A stretch of DNA of 64,000 nt from Rhizophagus irregularis (lineage: Eukaryota), in the NCBI RefSeq assembly GCF_026210795.1, contig NC_089436.1:1116001-1180000 (forward strand), written 5' to 3'. How positions within the stretch are numbered: the stretch's first letter is position 1; each line of letters opens with the position of its first letter. This document shows, in pieces, positions 12,455 through 26,578 of this stretch. A program made the translations under genes and the position numbers. The notes under the pieces are model-generated. The model was not told the origin of the DNA and did no database searches. It saw only the letters and a list, made by a program, of their open reading frames with translations.

Positions 12455-15400
12455 TAATTTATATAAATTATTTTGGTTCCTTCGGCAGATTATTAAATTT
12501 ATTCTGGTTTATTGGATAGTTTTAAAATTATAATGTAAAATACCCGCAGATCTCACTATACGAAAACAAGTGAAAAAAACAAGAATCTTCCTATATGACT
12601 TGGATACCGGGCAAAAGTAAATTGTTTTCAGTTAGAAAAAAGAGATAAAATATCCTCACAACCACCGAAATTTATGAGATGAAAATTACCTATTATTCAT
12701 GCCCTATTTATATATGAACGATGATTTTCATCCATACAGAAGCTTTATCTTTCAAAATACTAACTGTTAACCACTGAACATATGATTTAAGTATATTGTT
12801 AACATGCAAAAATTCATTTGCAATTATTGAAAATGATTTATATTTTAGACTTACAAATTGAAGAATAAATCAATATTTTATATTAATAAAGTTCGTACAA
12901 TATACTTACATAATTTTCCGTCAACTACAAGGAATAATTTAATAATAATAAGTCAAAGTTATTGTTGATGTAAAGTTTATATTTACTGCTGCTAATTCAA
13001 TAAAGACCATTGAAAATTAAATAATAACAGATGACATTAAGTATATAACTCAGTCAACATTGTAAATAAGATCCCAAGCCTCGATCTATAAAACCACATT
13101 TCTTAAATATCAGATCCGAATTACCATTGATTCTACACCTAGTCATTCGAGTCATTTAAAATTCAGGCCAAATTTATGATGCCAGCCAGAATTATAATAA
13201 CACGTGATATTTTATAAATAATTTTGGCCAGAATTTATGTTACCACATGATATAATTTTTAATTAACATCGAAATGACCCAAATGACGCGGGACTAATGA
13301 TCCAACATCAGATCACTTGCTATACCTGTTTTCTGGTGCTTCTAAGCAATTTTATAAGATATCATGATCTTTATTTGAATAACGGCGGAATTTATCGACC
13401 CTGTACATTTGCAATTGTGGTAATACTAAGATTTGTGAATTTGAATTTTTTTGCTGCTGTTGATTTTAGCGTCCTTCTTTGCTAGGATAATGTCCAATGA
13501 AAACTACTCTTTTAATTTACTAATCTCATAATTAAGTCTTTATTTGCAAATAATTCGTACACTGCTAACTAAGGAAGGTATCGTTGTGAAGCTGATAATA
13601 GTTTTGTTGTTGACTGTTACCATGAAGGATGTTATATAGTTAATCAGTATCAAACGTAAGCATTTCATTAATCATTGCTTTTTAGTAAATATTATTGTTT
13701 ATCCGGCAAATTGAAACTAACGAATATTTCGTAATTATCTCATTTGACTGGAACAACGAACAACACTCTACTTTATTAATGAAAGGAAAATGCCAATTAA
13801 TTAAATTATATTAGTAAGAGGTTTAATAATTTACGGATACACTAAAATTTTTGATAAGAGATTAAGACACTCAAAAATCTCGAAAATAAAAAATCTCAAT
13901 AAGATACATCCATAATTCTGAATGCAAATGTATCACTCAATGCAAAAGGTGAGAGCGAATAGTTGTGGAGTCGTTGCGTGGAGTGCAATGTGTTGAGTAC
14001 GTTACACTAATAATATACTGTACTCAATAGTACGTATAGAGGCCTTTTAAATATGTAGGGTACGCAATATAAGTATTTACTTAGCTTGTCAAATTGAAAT
14101 AATTTTTTTTTTAAAAAAAAGCTGGAGTATCTAATACGAATGTAAACACCTTGCATATTAATACTAATAATTCTACGACTCTTGCGCCTCATAATACTAC
14201 ATTTGGTTTTATTTATTCATATCTATTGTGTTAAAAATATTCAAAATATTCTATTCATAAATTCTGTTAATTAATGATTAGCCAATTCAATTCACCTTCA
14301 TTATGCGGATCTTAGCTTCCCTCTCCCTTAAATTCACGTTCTTTTAGATTAAGTCCTTTCTTGATATTCTAACTCATATTTCATAAATACACATAAATAT
14401 AAACAAATAAATTGTGAGCGGTTTATAATACCTCTTCATCATTAAGGTCCTCTTCATAAGTAATATTCTTTTCATAAACGATCCATTTTAAGATTTTGTC
14501 ATCTCGGCACTTTCTTAAAAATTCACTATCCGATAGTTCACAAATTCCGAAATTTTAATACAAGAATAAAATAATAATACATAATTTTATTACCGAGCAA
14601 TTTATTATAAAATATTTTAAGTAATAATAATTTGGGATAACGGACTGTGGGATTGAAAATTTTCGTGATCGTGAATTTTCGTGATCGCGGATGTCGATAT
14701 TATGTCTTATATTTCCGGGATTTTGTAGTAGAAGTATTGGAAGTGTAAGTTTACATTATTTAAGCCATCTTTTAGAATTGCATAGCATAAATTGGCAATA
14801 ATATTCTACTCCATTTGGTTTACCATTGCTATTAATAATTAATTAAATGTGTGGAGGAACGTTAGCAATTGTGTAAGTTTCCTTCTATAGATATGAAATA
14901 AAACATTATGTGAAAGAATTCATAATAACCCAAGTTCATGGGAAAAAAAAAAGAATTCCGACATTCTCACCATTATCTAAGAGACGAAGACCATGATCGT
15001 GCACTTGTAAAATGCGTGTCGTAGCAGATCACATTGTTAAAATTTTATGTATGTTATAGTATATATGTACAATCTAAGCTTTTGTTTTTTTTAAAAATGG
15101 GGCTACTTAAGCAAACTGTTTATGATATTGTAATAATAATTTATAAGAAAATATAAGATACTGAGAATTATGGAATGAGAATAATCAGCATAGTAATTTG
15201 TTTATACTGTATATAATGAAACTTTGCGAGAAGCTTGTATTTTCTCCGTGTAAATGTCCATGAACAAAACCTAGTTCATAAATAATCACATTAAAGCTGA
15301 TTATATTGCTTGAATACCTCGACAGCAAAAATTTCTATATATTCGTCGAAATATGAATACAAAATTCACCGTTTTTTTAGTACGGTACGCCGGTACGGTA

Positions 15401-15859
15401 TATTTTATCTATGTTGTAAATTTTTGGATACAAATAAGACAGATGATCATGTATTAAGTATATTTCGGAAAGACCATAATTCCGAATTTAGATATATTAA
15501 AGTTCGAAAAATAACTAGACGCACGGCAATTGCCGGAAATATAATATTGTAAATATTCTTTAAATATATTAGTTCAGTTAATGGTTGGTTGTAACCGAAA
15601 ATTTTAGATTGATATTTGTAACAAAGTTTGAAAGTTGATCAAATTTTTTTTAAAAAATGATTTAAGTTTCAGTAGTGTTACGTTATGAATAAAATAAATG
15701 TTTCACAGAAATTTGGGGACAAAGGCTCTATTTATCATTCGGTATCACAAATTTCACGTGATTAAGCATTTTTTACCTGAAAAATAATCGAAAAAAATCC
15801 AAGTTCCCAGAATACTTATGAAAAAGGGGAAACGCAGTGGGTGTGGTACCATGACAAAT

Positions 15860-16393
15860 GGTATGGTACGAAATCCCGAATGTCAAAATCCCGACACCAT
15901 ATAATCCCGACTGTCAAAATCCCAAAATTGAAAATCCCGACTTATACAAAATCCCGAGAGTCCCGAAATTTAATTTTTAACCCGCCTCATATTACTTTTT
16001 CCTCAAAGTCCTGACTTCATATTAGATTTATACTAAAAAGTAAATTTCTCACTTCACAAAAAAGCCACTATTATACCAATTTAATACTTATTAAAGTGAA
16101 GCAACCATTAACGTGTTTAAAACACAAATGGGCATACAAAAAATGAATATTAGTATATTTATTTGTTTGAAAGTTACATATTTGTATAAATTACGAATTT
16201 ATAAATACTAAAATTATATTTTAATATTTTGCAAATTTTAAGTGATTTGAAATAATTGATATCTTGCGAAAGTGACACAAAATTAAATAATTTTAAAAAA
16301 GTAATAGCAACACTGAATTTGAATATTAATTTATTTGTTTTTGTAAAATATCAAGTGTCGGGATTTTCAATTTCGGGATTTTGGATAGGACCC
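15860..16393. mobile_element. MULE-like non-autonomous element with AAATCCCGA subterminal repeats
   Basis: Left AAATCCCGA repeats are inverted against right TCGGGATTTT repeats. Flanks ATGACAAAT / GTGACAAAC form an imperfect 9-bp TSD. Confidence 0.7.
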
Positions 16394-17834
16394 GTGACAA
16401 ACCTTTTTACTATGATCACGTGGGGCAGAAAAGTGTAATGTATTTATATATCATATCGTCGGATGCTATAATAATATATAAAGAAAAGGTACAGTATAAA
16501 TAAGGATTTCTACGAGCGAATTAAATATTTGTGTCAACTTACTATTATTTCTCGATTTCATTCTTTCTCGGGAACTTTTTTTTAGTGATGAAGAATCAAA
16601 ATAAATTATAAAAAAATAGTCGCGCAATAATAAGAATTTACATTAAGGATCTCATAATTTTTCTAAATTGCAATATTACGCTGTATATTTGTTTGGACGT
16701 TTTGGCAAGGCAAATTTTTTTTTGCACAGTATTTTTAACACGCAGTTTGTTTATCAAACTGGAGTTTATATACTGTATACTGATTTACCACAGCATGCAA
16801 ACCTGCAGCTATGTAAGATTAAAGAGTTTCAGGTAAATGATCAGGTCATTTGTTAAGTGAATTTTGAATGACCAGTCATTTCAAAATGACAAAATGACGT
16901 GACGATTTCGTTTTCGTTTTCGTCATATGAGTCATCTAAGGTTATTTTATAATCCAAAATTACGCTATTGCTGCTTAATATGTGCTACTAAGGAACTGTC
17001 GCACGAACGCTATTCAAACCAGATTTAAATTTGGATTGAGTTTAACTCTGGTTCTATATACTATAAAGATATCTAAGAGATAAGAATAAATCATATACTT
17101 TTATAATCAATACAAAGCCCTAAAGGTTTCCACCTCTCTTTACAGGACCAGGATGAGTAACTTCTATATAAGGTCCTGTAAAAATGGCTTTGTATCCTTT
17201 GTGCTCCCTATTGCCTCTTACAAAAAAGGAGATAAACCAAAAAAATAGTATTCCCTAGCATAATCCCTTTAATTACTACCTCTTCTATTTATCAATAATT
17301 CAATATTCCACTAAAATATCTCATTCTATCATATGACTTTAAATTATTAGGTTTATCAGTTTGATTTTTTGTCGCTTCCTCAACTTTGTATTCTTTTCTG
17401 AAACCTTGACCATATGGATAATTTAAAACTCTTGAAATTTTAACAATGGTACCAGAGCCTTTCATTCTGTATATGTTTGAAACATTTACTATATACTTAA
17501 TTTATTACTATCTTATGCGGTTTATCATCATACAAGAATTATCAATATTTTTTTTTATAATTCATATATTAAGCTTAATTTGAAAGAATCGACAGTTACT
17601 TATTACTACTAATACATATACCGTGCGTATTTTTCTTAAAAAAAAAAATCTTAAAAATAACCAAACAAAATTTGACGAAAAATTAAGCAAAAATCTTTGA
17701 TAGATCAGTATTTAAGAACGAAATTAAAAACGAAAAAACTAATTTTTCTTACCTAAGATTAATATTAACTTTATTAACGATTTTAGTAAAGTTAAGTGCT
17801 TAATGCGGAATGCTTTTAAATTTGAATAATTTAT

Positions 17835-19288
17835 TTACATTTTTCCACAAAAAAATGGATTATTGGAGTCTGAAAATTCTAATGGACGGCTGAAATAAAT
17901 GGCTTTTTCATGACATTGTGATTTATCAAAATCTAAATTTTCCAAATTTGAAAATTTTACTTCTTCAGCAGCATCAAATTGATTAGATAAATCGGATGGA
18001 TCAGGATTATCACAAATTTCCGAGATCCAGTTTCCGAAGCAATCATAAAGTTGAGATGCTGTTGGTCTATTTGATGGATTACCATCTAAACATTGTAACA
18101 TTAATCTAGAATAAACAGACGGAGTACCACCAACAACGCTTGGTCTTAGCCCTGAATAGATTTCCTGAATAAGTTGTTTATCGTGAGGTTTATCGTAATA
18201 AGGACGAGTAGCAGCTGATAACATCCACATGATCATACCGAAGCTATAGATATCAGATTCTTTGGTTGGTGTACTATTCCCATCCAATATTTCTGGAGCA
18301 ACAAAAGGTAATACGCCATAAATTTGTTGAGATGACACTGATTTGTCAACAGGTCCGTGGAGTCCAGTGTCGGCGATTTTAGCATCAACTGAATCCATTT
18401 CATTTTCAACTAGTATATTACCTCCATGCAAATGACCATGTACAAGACCTAGTTCATGAATGACATTAAGACCCGCAGATATTGACCACAACATATCCAC
18501 AATATCTCTCCAGCAAATAATCCCCATAGATTCTTCAAGATATGAGTACAAATTTCCATTTTTGTAATACCTTAGAACAAACATATAACATGACGTCGGA
18601 TCTTTGGTTATACCAAAGCAATCTGCTAGTGCTCCACTTTGTAAACATTTATGATATTTGCGTAACTTTTTTTTTTTAAAAAAAAGAAAATTTGTTAGAT
18701 AAAAAAAAATGAGGACATATTTCATATTAAACACTTTATATTCGGAATTTATTATATCAAACAGAAAAATCCTATAAATTATAGCTAAATACTTTAACTA
18801 ATAACAAGATTGTGTAACGATTGAATACTAACTTGATTTATAAATTCTTGACTCATATTATGAGAATTATCTAAACGTTTCAATATAACCTTAATCGGAC
18901 CATTACGGGACCATACTTCAGCTTCTTCGTCCAGATTCCACCGTGGACCTTCCATCCATATGGCAGAATATATTGAGCTGAAAGCGCCTCTTTTATTAGT
19001 ATTTTTTACTAAGTCAAATTGATTGAAATCAATCCATTCGAGATAGTCCATATTCTCATTGGCAGTTAATTGGGTATATCTAATAAATTCATCTATACTA
19101 GGATTTCCGCTGGTCCAATTGCGGAAATTTTCTTTCAAAATTGCAATATCGCAATTTTCACACCATGCTGCCGCAGTTCGTTGTTGTTTGCAATCTGAAC
19201 AGTTGCCGTATAATTGAGATTTGATGTTCAAAATGATCTCCCGATCGGAAGATGAATCTAATGAGCGTGACTGATCTCCAAAATCCAT
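17835..19288 (-). CDS. Cys4-finger + TKL-type (pseudo)kinase, copy 3; exons 19288-18833 and 18665-17835, about 428 aa
   Basis: Phase-0 intron CAA|GTTAGT..AAAG|TTACGC. Motifs CSDC..WCENC, HGHLHGGN, DTG, APE. No stops. Confidence 0.9.
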
Positions 19289-21318
19289 ATAAATTTGCTT
19301 TATTTATTTTTTTTTTAAAAAAAAAAAATTGAAGTGCTTTATAAGCATAAGTAATTAAAGTTTTGTTATGTAATCCTTTCCAGAGAAGAAACAGGTCTCT
19401 ATACAAATAGGGTAAATATTCTAACAGAAAGTTCTTTTTTTTTTTTTTGTTTCATTCGTGTAACGCCAATCAAACGTGATCATCACATCGATTTCCAATA
19501 ACATAAACAAATATTTGTTTTAAAACGGGTTTGAAAAAAAAAAATTAATAATCAGAATAAAGTTGTGAGACATAATAAGGGTCATTGCTGCAGGGATTAT
19601 TTTGAATTCCAAACATTAAAGTTGATATCATTTGATGTTATTAGGAAAAAAGATAGTACAAATGTACAATTTTTAGTATTTAATTCATTTTTTTTCTATT
19701 ATTATTCCTAAATTTATTTAATAAAATGTCTTAATACTAATGCTATTCGTCTTTGTATAATTACAAGAAACTTCAACGTTTCGTTACTAATAAAGGTTAA
19801 ACAAGTTGAACGCAACACTCAAACTCGAATTTTCTTATAAACTTTTTTTAACAATGATGCTAGCTGTATTAACAAGATTAAGTTAATTTGTTTGTATCTC
19901 ACATTTTTCATTGATATTCCGCCATCCTCCGAATCCGATTATTATTTGTGTTAAATAAGAAAAAAAGAAGTACACACAATAAATGTTAATATATACAAAG
20001 TTAAATTTGTGATTCCTCGAAATAAAGAAACCGAATTTAGAAAAGAAGGAATTTCCGATTGTAACAAATAGAATTTAAAGTATTGGTTTTTCAACCATAG
20101 ACTATTATTAATGTTTTTCTAACGAGTAACGATATACAAACTATATTTCATGGAAAAGACGAATGGTAAATAAATTATAAATTCTTCAGTATAAATTCTT
20201 TAAATATTTCCATAAAAACACTTGACAAATTATTTTGCCTTAAATTCCATAACATAGATTATTAAACACAAGATCTTAATAATTAATAATTAAACCACTG
20301 TTCTCATTTCTATATCGCATCGAAACGTCGAAAAAAAGCCCACATAAACGTAAAGTACGCAAGAAAAAAAGAAGCGTTCATAAACACCACAATGCCATTT
20401 TTGGGGATTTATTATGTTATGAAAAAGATTAATGTGATTAATGTCAAAATAAATTCTCATTCACATCTTATATTTGAAAATAAAATGCACAATAATAATT
20501 CCGACATTTAAATAATCGTGTAGGTCTTTCTTTTTTTTTAATTCTTGCATATAAAGAAGTCTATTTATAATATTTATTATCTTTTTCGCAAATAATAATA
20601 AATTTAGATTATGTGGAAGTTAAAATTATTCAATTCCAACAACATGATATCAAGTATAAAATTACAAACAGATTAAATTTGTACCAACTACAACCAAATA
20701 TACATGATAAAATATCATAGTACGTTTGACAAGCTTTTGTATTTGTCTATTTTCAAAGAAAATCGAAACTTTACTATTTATATATATATAGAAAAATAAT
20801 GTCAAAGAATTAAAGAATGTTCCGTAACAAACACATACATATCGGCAGATTTGATTACCCTAATGATCGACATATGGATATGGTATTTTTGTTACACGAA
20901 GTAATACACAAAACACAGTAACGAACATTTATATGGTTTTATTATACAATCATTTGATAAATACTTCTTTTAATAGTAATATTGATAATATCTTCTTTAT
21001 GGGTTCTCACTATATACAATAACTTCTGGACTTTTTTCGTGTAAAAGTTAAAAGTACATGTGTTTACAATCAGTTTGAGTGTAAAAGTTCCGTTCCTACA
21101 TTACGTACAATTAGATAAATGTAAATTAATAAATAATTATTAAAATTTTTTTTATGATAATTTTATAAAATTGTCTATTTTTTTATAATATAATTGAGTC
21201 TTAAAATATTTTTATAAATTTTTATTTAACTTTTGTTTGATTAAAGCATACTTACTTTCTAATAATACACATTAAAATTACTTATACAGGTGACAAATGG
21301 ATTTTTTGTTAGCGAAAT

Positions 21319-21414
21319 CTCTATAAAAAATTTTTTAGAAAATTGATCATATGTCTGAGTTTTCTGGAGTAAAATGATCATTCATCGGAGTTTTTCCAGA
21401 AAATTTTTTATAGG
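21319..21414. mobile_element. CCC-family MITE, degenerate
   Basis: AAT|CTCTATAAAAAA..TTTTTATAGG|AAT. Confidence 0.7.
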
Positions 21415-22147
21415 AATGGTTTTTTTTTGCGTTTGAATAATTTTAGTTTCGCAAAATGTAGATTTTATAGTCAAGTGATAGTCTATAGCAGGATTTATTT
21501 GCAGAGTCACGACTTCGGATATTAATTTCTGGTTGTTACGTTTGTACAGTACATCAATCACGTTCGTATCGTTAAAAAATCATTTAATATTCACATGTAA
21601 AAATGTGATCAAGATACAATTACATTGTGGGCATGGTTTTATGAGCATTATTCTTAAAGATAGTTTTCTTCAAAGTTAATATAGTTAACGAATTTCAGAG
21701 GTAAAAACACATGTTTATCATCATACGTACTGTTTAGTGCTCGTGTAATAAATGCTTAAAAAGTACCATTTTGTTTAATTTTTGTTTTTTGTAATATGAC
21801 ATAAATCGAACAAGATGGTGCTTTTTTAGACTTTTTTACATTTCATTTTTATAGGATTACGGTTTCGCTTGTTCTTGGCATAAAAAAAAATTCATCGTCA
21901 ACTGCATTCCCTTTTCAACAATCAATTATCAAGGAACCAAAACAAAATACGAATCATTGACATATTATTAAATGGGCATATTTGTTAAAATAATACGTAA
22001 TTTAACTAAAAATTGGCACAAGATAATATAAATTTACCTTATAACCGGCTAAAGGAGAAAATAGTTTACCAATTGTAGCACCGATGCTTTCGACAGTTTA
22101 AAAGCATAACGTATCAAATGGGCACAAATTGTCACGAAACAGCGTTC

Positions 22148-22255
22148 CCCTATAAAAAATTTTTTCAGAAAAATGATCACGTGTCTGCGTTTCTTCGGAT
22201 TAAAAACTAGAAAAATGATCATTTATCGGAGTTTTTCCAGAATTTTTTTATAAGC
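22148..22255. mobile_element. CCC-family MITE with TTC TSD
   Basis: TTC|CCCTATAAAAA..TTTTTATAAGC|TTC. Confidence 0.8.
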
Positions 22256-23157
22256 TTCCAGTTATTAATACTAGTTATTAATACAATTAAATATTGATAT
22301 TAAAGGTTTTAGACCAATTCGGCCTCTTCCTTCAAATCGACAAAATCTTGGCATGGGATGGAACTTGTGTTAATGGAAAAACATAGTATTTGTTTTGCTT
22401 TACATGTAAAGTTCAGTTTATATTGAAATATTGCAGTATATTCCAGAAATTAGAAGAATGCTTTAGAGAAGATGGGAATTTCAGTAAGACAACAACCTTA
22501 AGCTACAAGTTAGAATCCTTCAAAAAACTGTTTCCAAAGTTATTGATTGGTCATCATAGCTACTCGATATAACGAACCCTCCTCTCCGTTCAGTTGATCT
22601 TGTGTCCTTAATGCGCCGAATAATACGGCAATTTTTAAAATGTATTTTTATCAAAAAATTATTAATAAAAGAAGTATATTTATGTAGATTGTATATATGC
22701 TTGCAAACTTCTCTACTAATAATTTAAAATTTATCAAAATTCATCAAGTGATTTGCTGTGCACTTTAATGCTGGCCAACCTAATTTAATGCTGGCCAGAA
22801 TTAGGATAAAATCGATACATATGGGGATTATTGGCGGATCGACAAAATGTCTTCTGATGTGATATTAAAAATTTTATATGTGTCCTATGTGATAATTTCG
22901 TGATAAGCATATCAAAATAAACACTTCAACACCCCCTCAATTAATAATCTAATCTTCCTTCTTATTTTGACTATTCTCTTCCTAAAATTAATCAAGTTCC
23001 GATTATTTTTCTAATCTCAAATTCGTTTCCCTCTAAACACGTTCTAAAAAGGAAGGTGGGCGTGTTCTAAAAAAGGAAGAAAATGTTTTTTTCAAAAAAA
23101 ATTAAATTGTTTCTATGCGTCTTAAACTAATAAAGTCAAACTTTAATACAGTTTATT

Positions 23158-25508
23158 ATGTTTCAAACCCCGTTTAATGAGTGTGAAACTCCATTTACTC
23201 GTGACGAAAATGAAGAACTTATTATTCATGAAGATACAAATCGTGCTTTTTTTCATAATTATCCTTCCAACTCATATATTCACGCTGTTAGAATATTTGG
23301 TGGTAAAAATTATTCACAGTCATACAATACTGTTGAGTGGACAGATGAAAATGGCCAAGTAAATTCAAGATATAGTTTATCATCTGCTGGAGCTGTAATT
23401 TCCTTATTTTTAAAAGTAAGTTTAATAATTTTTTTGTATTTGATTATTAAAAAATATGAAAAATAATTTAAAAAAATGTAAATTTATTTTGTAGGAAATT
23501 TGTAACAAGCCAAATTCGCGTGTTTCTGGAACAATACTTTTTGGTTTTGATATAAGTTTCTTGCAACAGCTTCATGAAACTATTGCGCACCAGTTATAAC
23601 AACCTATTATACCTGCTGTTAATCATAAAAGATCTTATACTGATCTTACATCACGATCACAAAAGAATAAACGTATTTCAATGGTTGGGAAGGACATTGC
23701 AACACAGACTTTGACAATTCTTAATAAAAATAAATTTATTTCACCATCTGAAGAAATTATTGCAACAATTGAGTCTATAATACTAGTAGAATTACATTTT
23801 GATTCCGGAGATACAACTGCTGATAATATACAACATTTAGATTCAATTGTTCGTGCTTGTGATGAAACATTGATTTCACGTGATGGTTATCGAAAATTAG
23901 CTCAAGCAGTTCCAAATTTAATAAGGGAACATGCAATTACACTAATAATGAAAGCACTTGTTCCAATTAAAACTTTAATATTGATATTTCTATTTTTGAT
24001 GGTGATGATGATGAAAATCAGCAAAATATTATTGAAACTGAATTTAATGATGATGAAGTAGGCAATGGTGCATATCGATCTATCCTATCTTTATTAGATA
24101 TTGTAGTTCCTATTTTGATTAAATCAGAATCACCCTTGGTGATAAAATTAATATAAAATTAAGTGGAGATGGAAGAAATGTAGGTCATAAGCAAAAGTAT
24201 GTAATGCTTATTATGTGTATTCTTAATGAAGGCGAAGCTGTTTTGAATCCTTCTCACCAATACAGGTAATATAATATATCCATGTATTTTAACTCTATAT
24301 GTATTATTATTAATTTGTTTATTATCATAGTATTTGTTTACTATATATAGAAAAAGAGTCTTATAATTCTTTATCTACTGTATCAGCCAAATTTTCACAT
24401 GAACTTGAACAGTTACTAAAAGAAGGATATAGAGCTTCAGATGGTACAATTTGGCCAATTGAATTATTTTTTCGGGTGATTGGAAGTTTGTAGCATTAAT
24501 TTTAGGAATTAATGCTGCAATGTCCAATTATTTTTGTTTGTATTGTAATTGTCACAAAGATGAGCGTCATAATATGGATAAAGTATGGTTAAATTCAAAA
24601 ACACACATGGTATATATAATACTTATTTTTTTTATTATGATTTTATGTATTTATTTAATAAAATTTAATTAAAAATTATAGAATGCAAAAATCCTATGCT
24701 TTTTGTGAAATTAATCAAAATAATTGGATCCCTGATGAGTTACATCTTATGCTACAATGCTTTTTCAATGTTTATTTTATGAACTTGTCAAACAAAATGA
24801 ATTTACAAATAAAACACAAGCTTTAATAATTGAAGAAATGAAGAAGCTTCATGTTCATTTTGAAATTTTACCCTCCATCCACAAAAAAATGGAAAATGGG
24901 ATTGGGCATCACTTATGGGTCATAAAAAGAAAATATTAAAGGATTTTCAGGTGGCAAATCTTTTTGAAGGACAAGAAGCTACAAGAGGACAAAATATTGA
25001 AAAAATTTGGCGTGAATTTTATCGGCTTTATAAAATAATGCATCAAAAGTCAATAACAAATGAAGAAATCAATCAATTTGAAGTTAATGGATCCATGATT
25101 TTTGCCGGTACTGTGAATAGCGCTAATCAACAACAAGGAATGTATTTGCGCACAGAAGTTCACCATATATGCATGTATTTGTTCAACATGTACCTCAGTT
25201 TATGCGAGATTTAAAACAAAAAGGAATGGTATTGTGACACTTTTTAACATCAAGTATAGAAAAAAAAATCATCAACAGGTAAAGTTTTATTAATGATTAA
25301 TAATAATAAATAAAAAGGAATTATAAAATAATTTGCAAATGATATTTTAATTATTATTTAGGTACGATTATTTTTTGGAGGAACAACAATGGGCGGCAGA
25401 AAATCAAAGAGACCTGTAATTCATGATATTTTTTATTATGAAAACTATTATCAAATTCATGATACGCCAATTAAATATACTCGAAAATCATTAGAAATTA
25501 AAACTTAA
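23158..25508 (+). pseudogene. RAG1-core/Transib-like DDE transposase pseudogene with 4 introns
   Basis: GT-AG introns at 23416-23494, 24266-24330, 24610-24681 and 25279-25361. Ordered motifs: KLSGDG (D at 24168), ICL..KES, FSGDWKF (D at 24478), GINAAMSNYFCLYC, PDELHL, PYMHVFVQHVP, TSSIEKK.H (E at 25259). Several frameshifts and an in-frame TGA. Confidence 0.75.
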
Positions 25509-25759
25509 TAATAAACTTATGTACTGTATATTCAAATTTTGTATATATTTTGGTAGAATAATTTTGTGTATATTTTTAATAAAATCAATACAAAACAAGA
25601 TGATTTTTTTATTGTACATTTTTTTAATTGTTTTTAATTCTATATTAAAATTCTATTCTATCTCATAAAAAAAAACCACGGCATCCTTCTAATTTATCAA
25701 TTTAAATTTCTTGCTTGATTCTCGTCATGATTTTCTATATATTACATTAATATTAAAAC

Positions 25760-26364
25760 CTAAATAAATATTTCATAAAATAAAAATAAAATTTTTACGT
25801 TACCTTCCACAAAATCTCTTACATCTATATTAAATTCAAAATGCATTGAACCACACCGCAATGACATTTCAAATTCTTTATATACACGTTCTTTCCAGCA
25901 AAAAGTGACATGATATGTTTGCTGCGCATTCTGCATCAAAACATATGCACATGTCCCTGTCCGACGCTTTTTACTGCCCCAATTTTTATTTCCTAAAAGA
26001 ACTAATACCCAATTGTTCGTATTCTCGACCACCCTCAAACTTACACGTATACTTTCTTTGAGCAGGGGAATATCGAAGGTTGATTCATTATAGAACAAAA
26101 TAATAAAAAGTCCTTCAGAAAAAAGCTCCATTTTTAAGGTTTTTACTCTAAGTTCACTTCTATGAAATTGCAAGCGTGCTTTTAATTGTATAATAAAAGA
26201 ATTCTTAAACTGGCAAATATCATATAATGAGGGAGAAGTTAAGCAGCGTGAGTGAGGTATTATTTTACTGTTTGGGTGAGCATTTCTTTCATGAATAGAA
26301 AGGAAATTCTTAGACGAAAAAGTTTTTGGAAATTAGCAGGACAAAGTGAACAAGTGAACGGTAT
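25760..26364 (-). pseudogene. C2H2 zinc-finger protein gene, degraded, convergent with the transposase
   Basis: Extending ORF 25760-26173 upstream across one frameshift gives PFTCSLCPANFPKTFSSKNFLSIHERNAHP (C-x2-C..H-x4-H). The apparent start codon is ATA. Confidence 0.65.
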
Positions 26365-26479
26365 TATGGGCACGTAAAAAATTCATTTTTCGCGCACTTT
26401 TATTTCAATTACAAAATTTCTAATTCAAGTGTGATATGGCTGGTTTATAAACATTAATATCGCGAAATTTATAATAAAA

Positions 26480-26578
26480 TCCTTTAGAAAAAATAACTCC
26501 GATTAATGATCATTTTTCTAGTTTTTACTCAAAAAAACTCAGACATGTGATCAATTTTCTAAAAAATTTTTTATAGGG
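26480..26578. mobile_element. CCC-family MITE nested in the split Tc1-type MITE
   Basis: Same interior as 8004 and 22148; ends TTTTTATAGGG. Confidence 0.7.

Larger units (their letters stand above)
22824..26433. mobile_element. Decayed two-gene DNA transposon (Transib/Chapaev/RAG1-like transposase + convergent C2H2 gene)
   Basis: Interrupts the host MITE, with ATATG duplicated at 22819-22823 and 26434-26438. Right end reads CACAC on the minus strand. No matching left TIR at the inferred junction. Confidence 0.6.

Noticed and set aside
14290..14545. Minus-strand coding-like relic (..LKERE..REAKIR); similar traces at 2470-2615 and 17110-17520
   Set aside because: Too degraded to assign to any family by eye.
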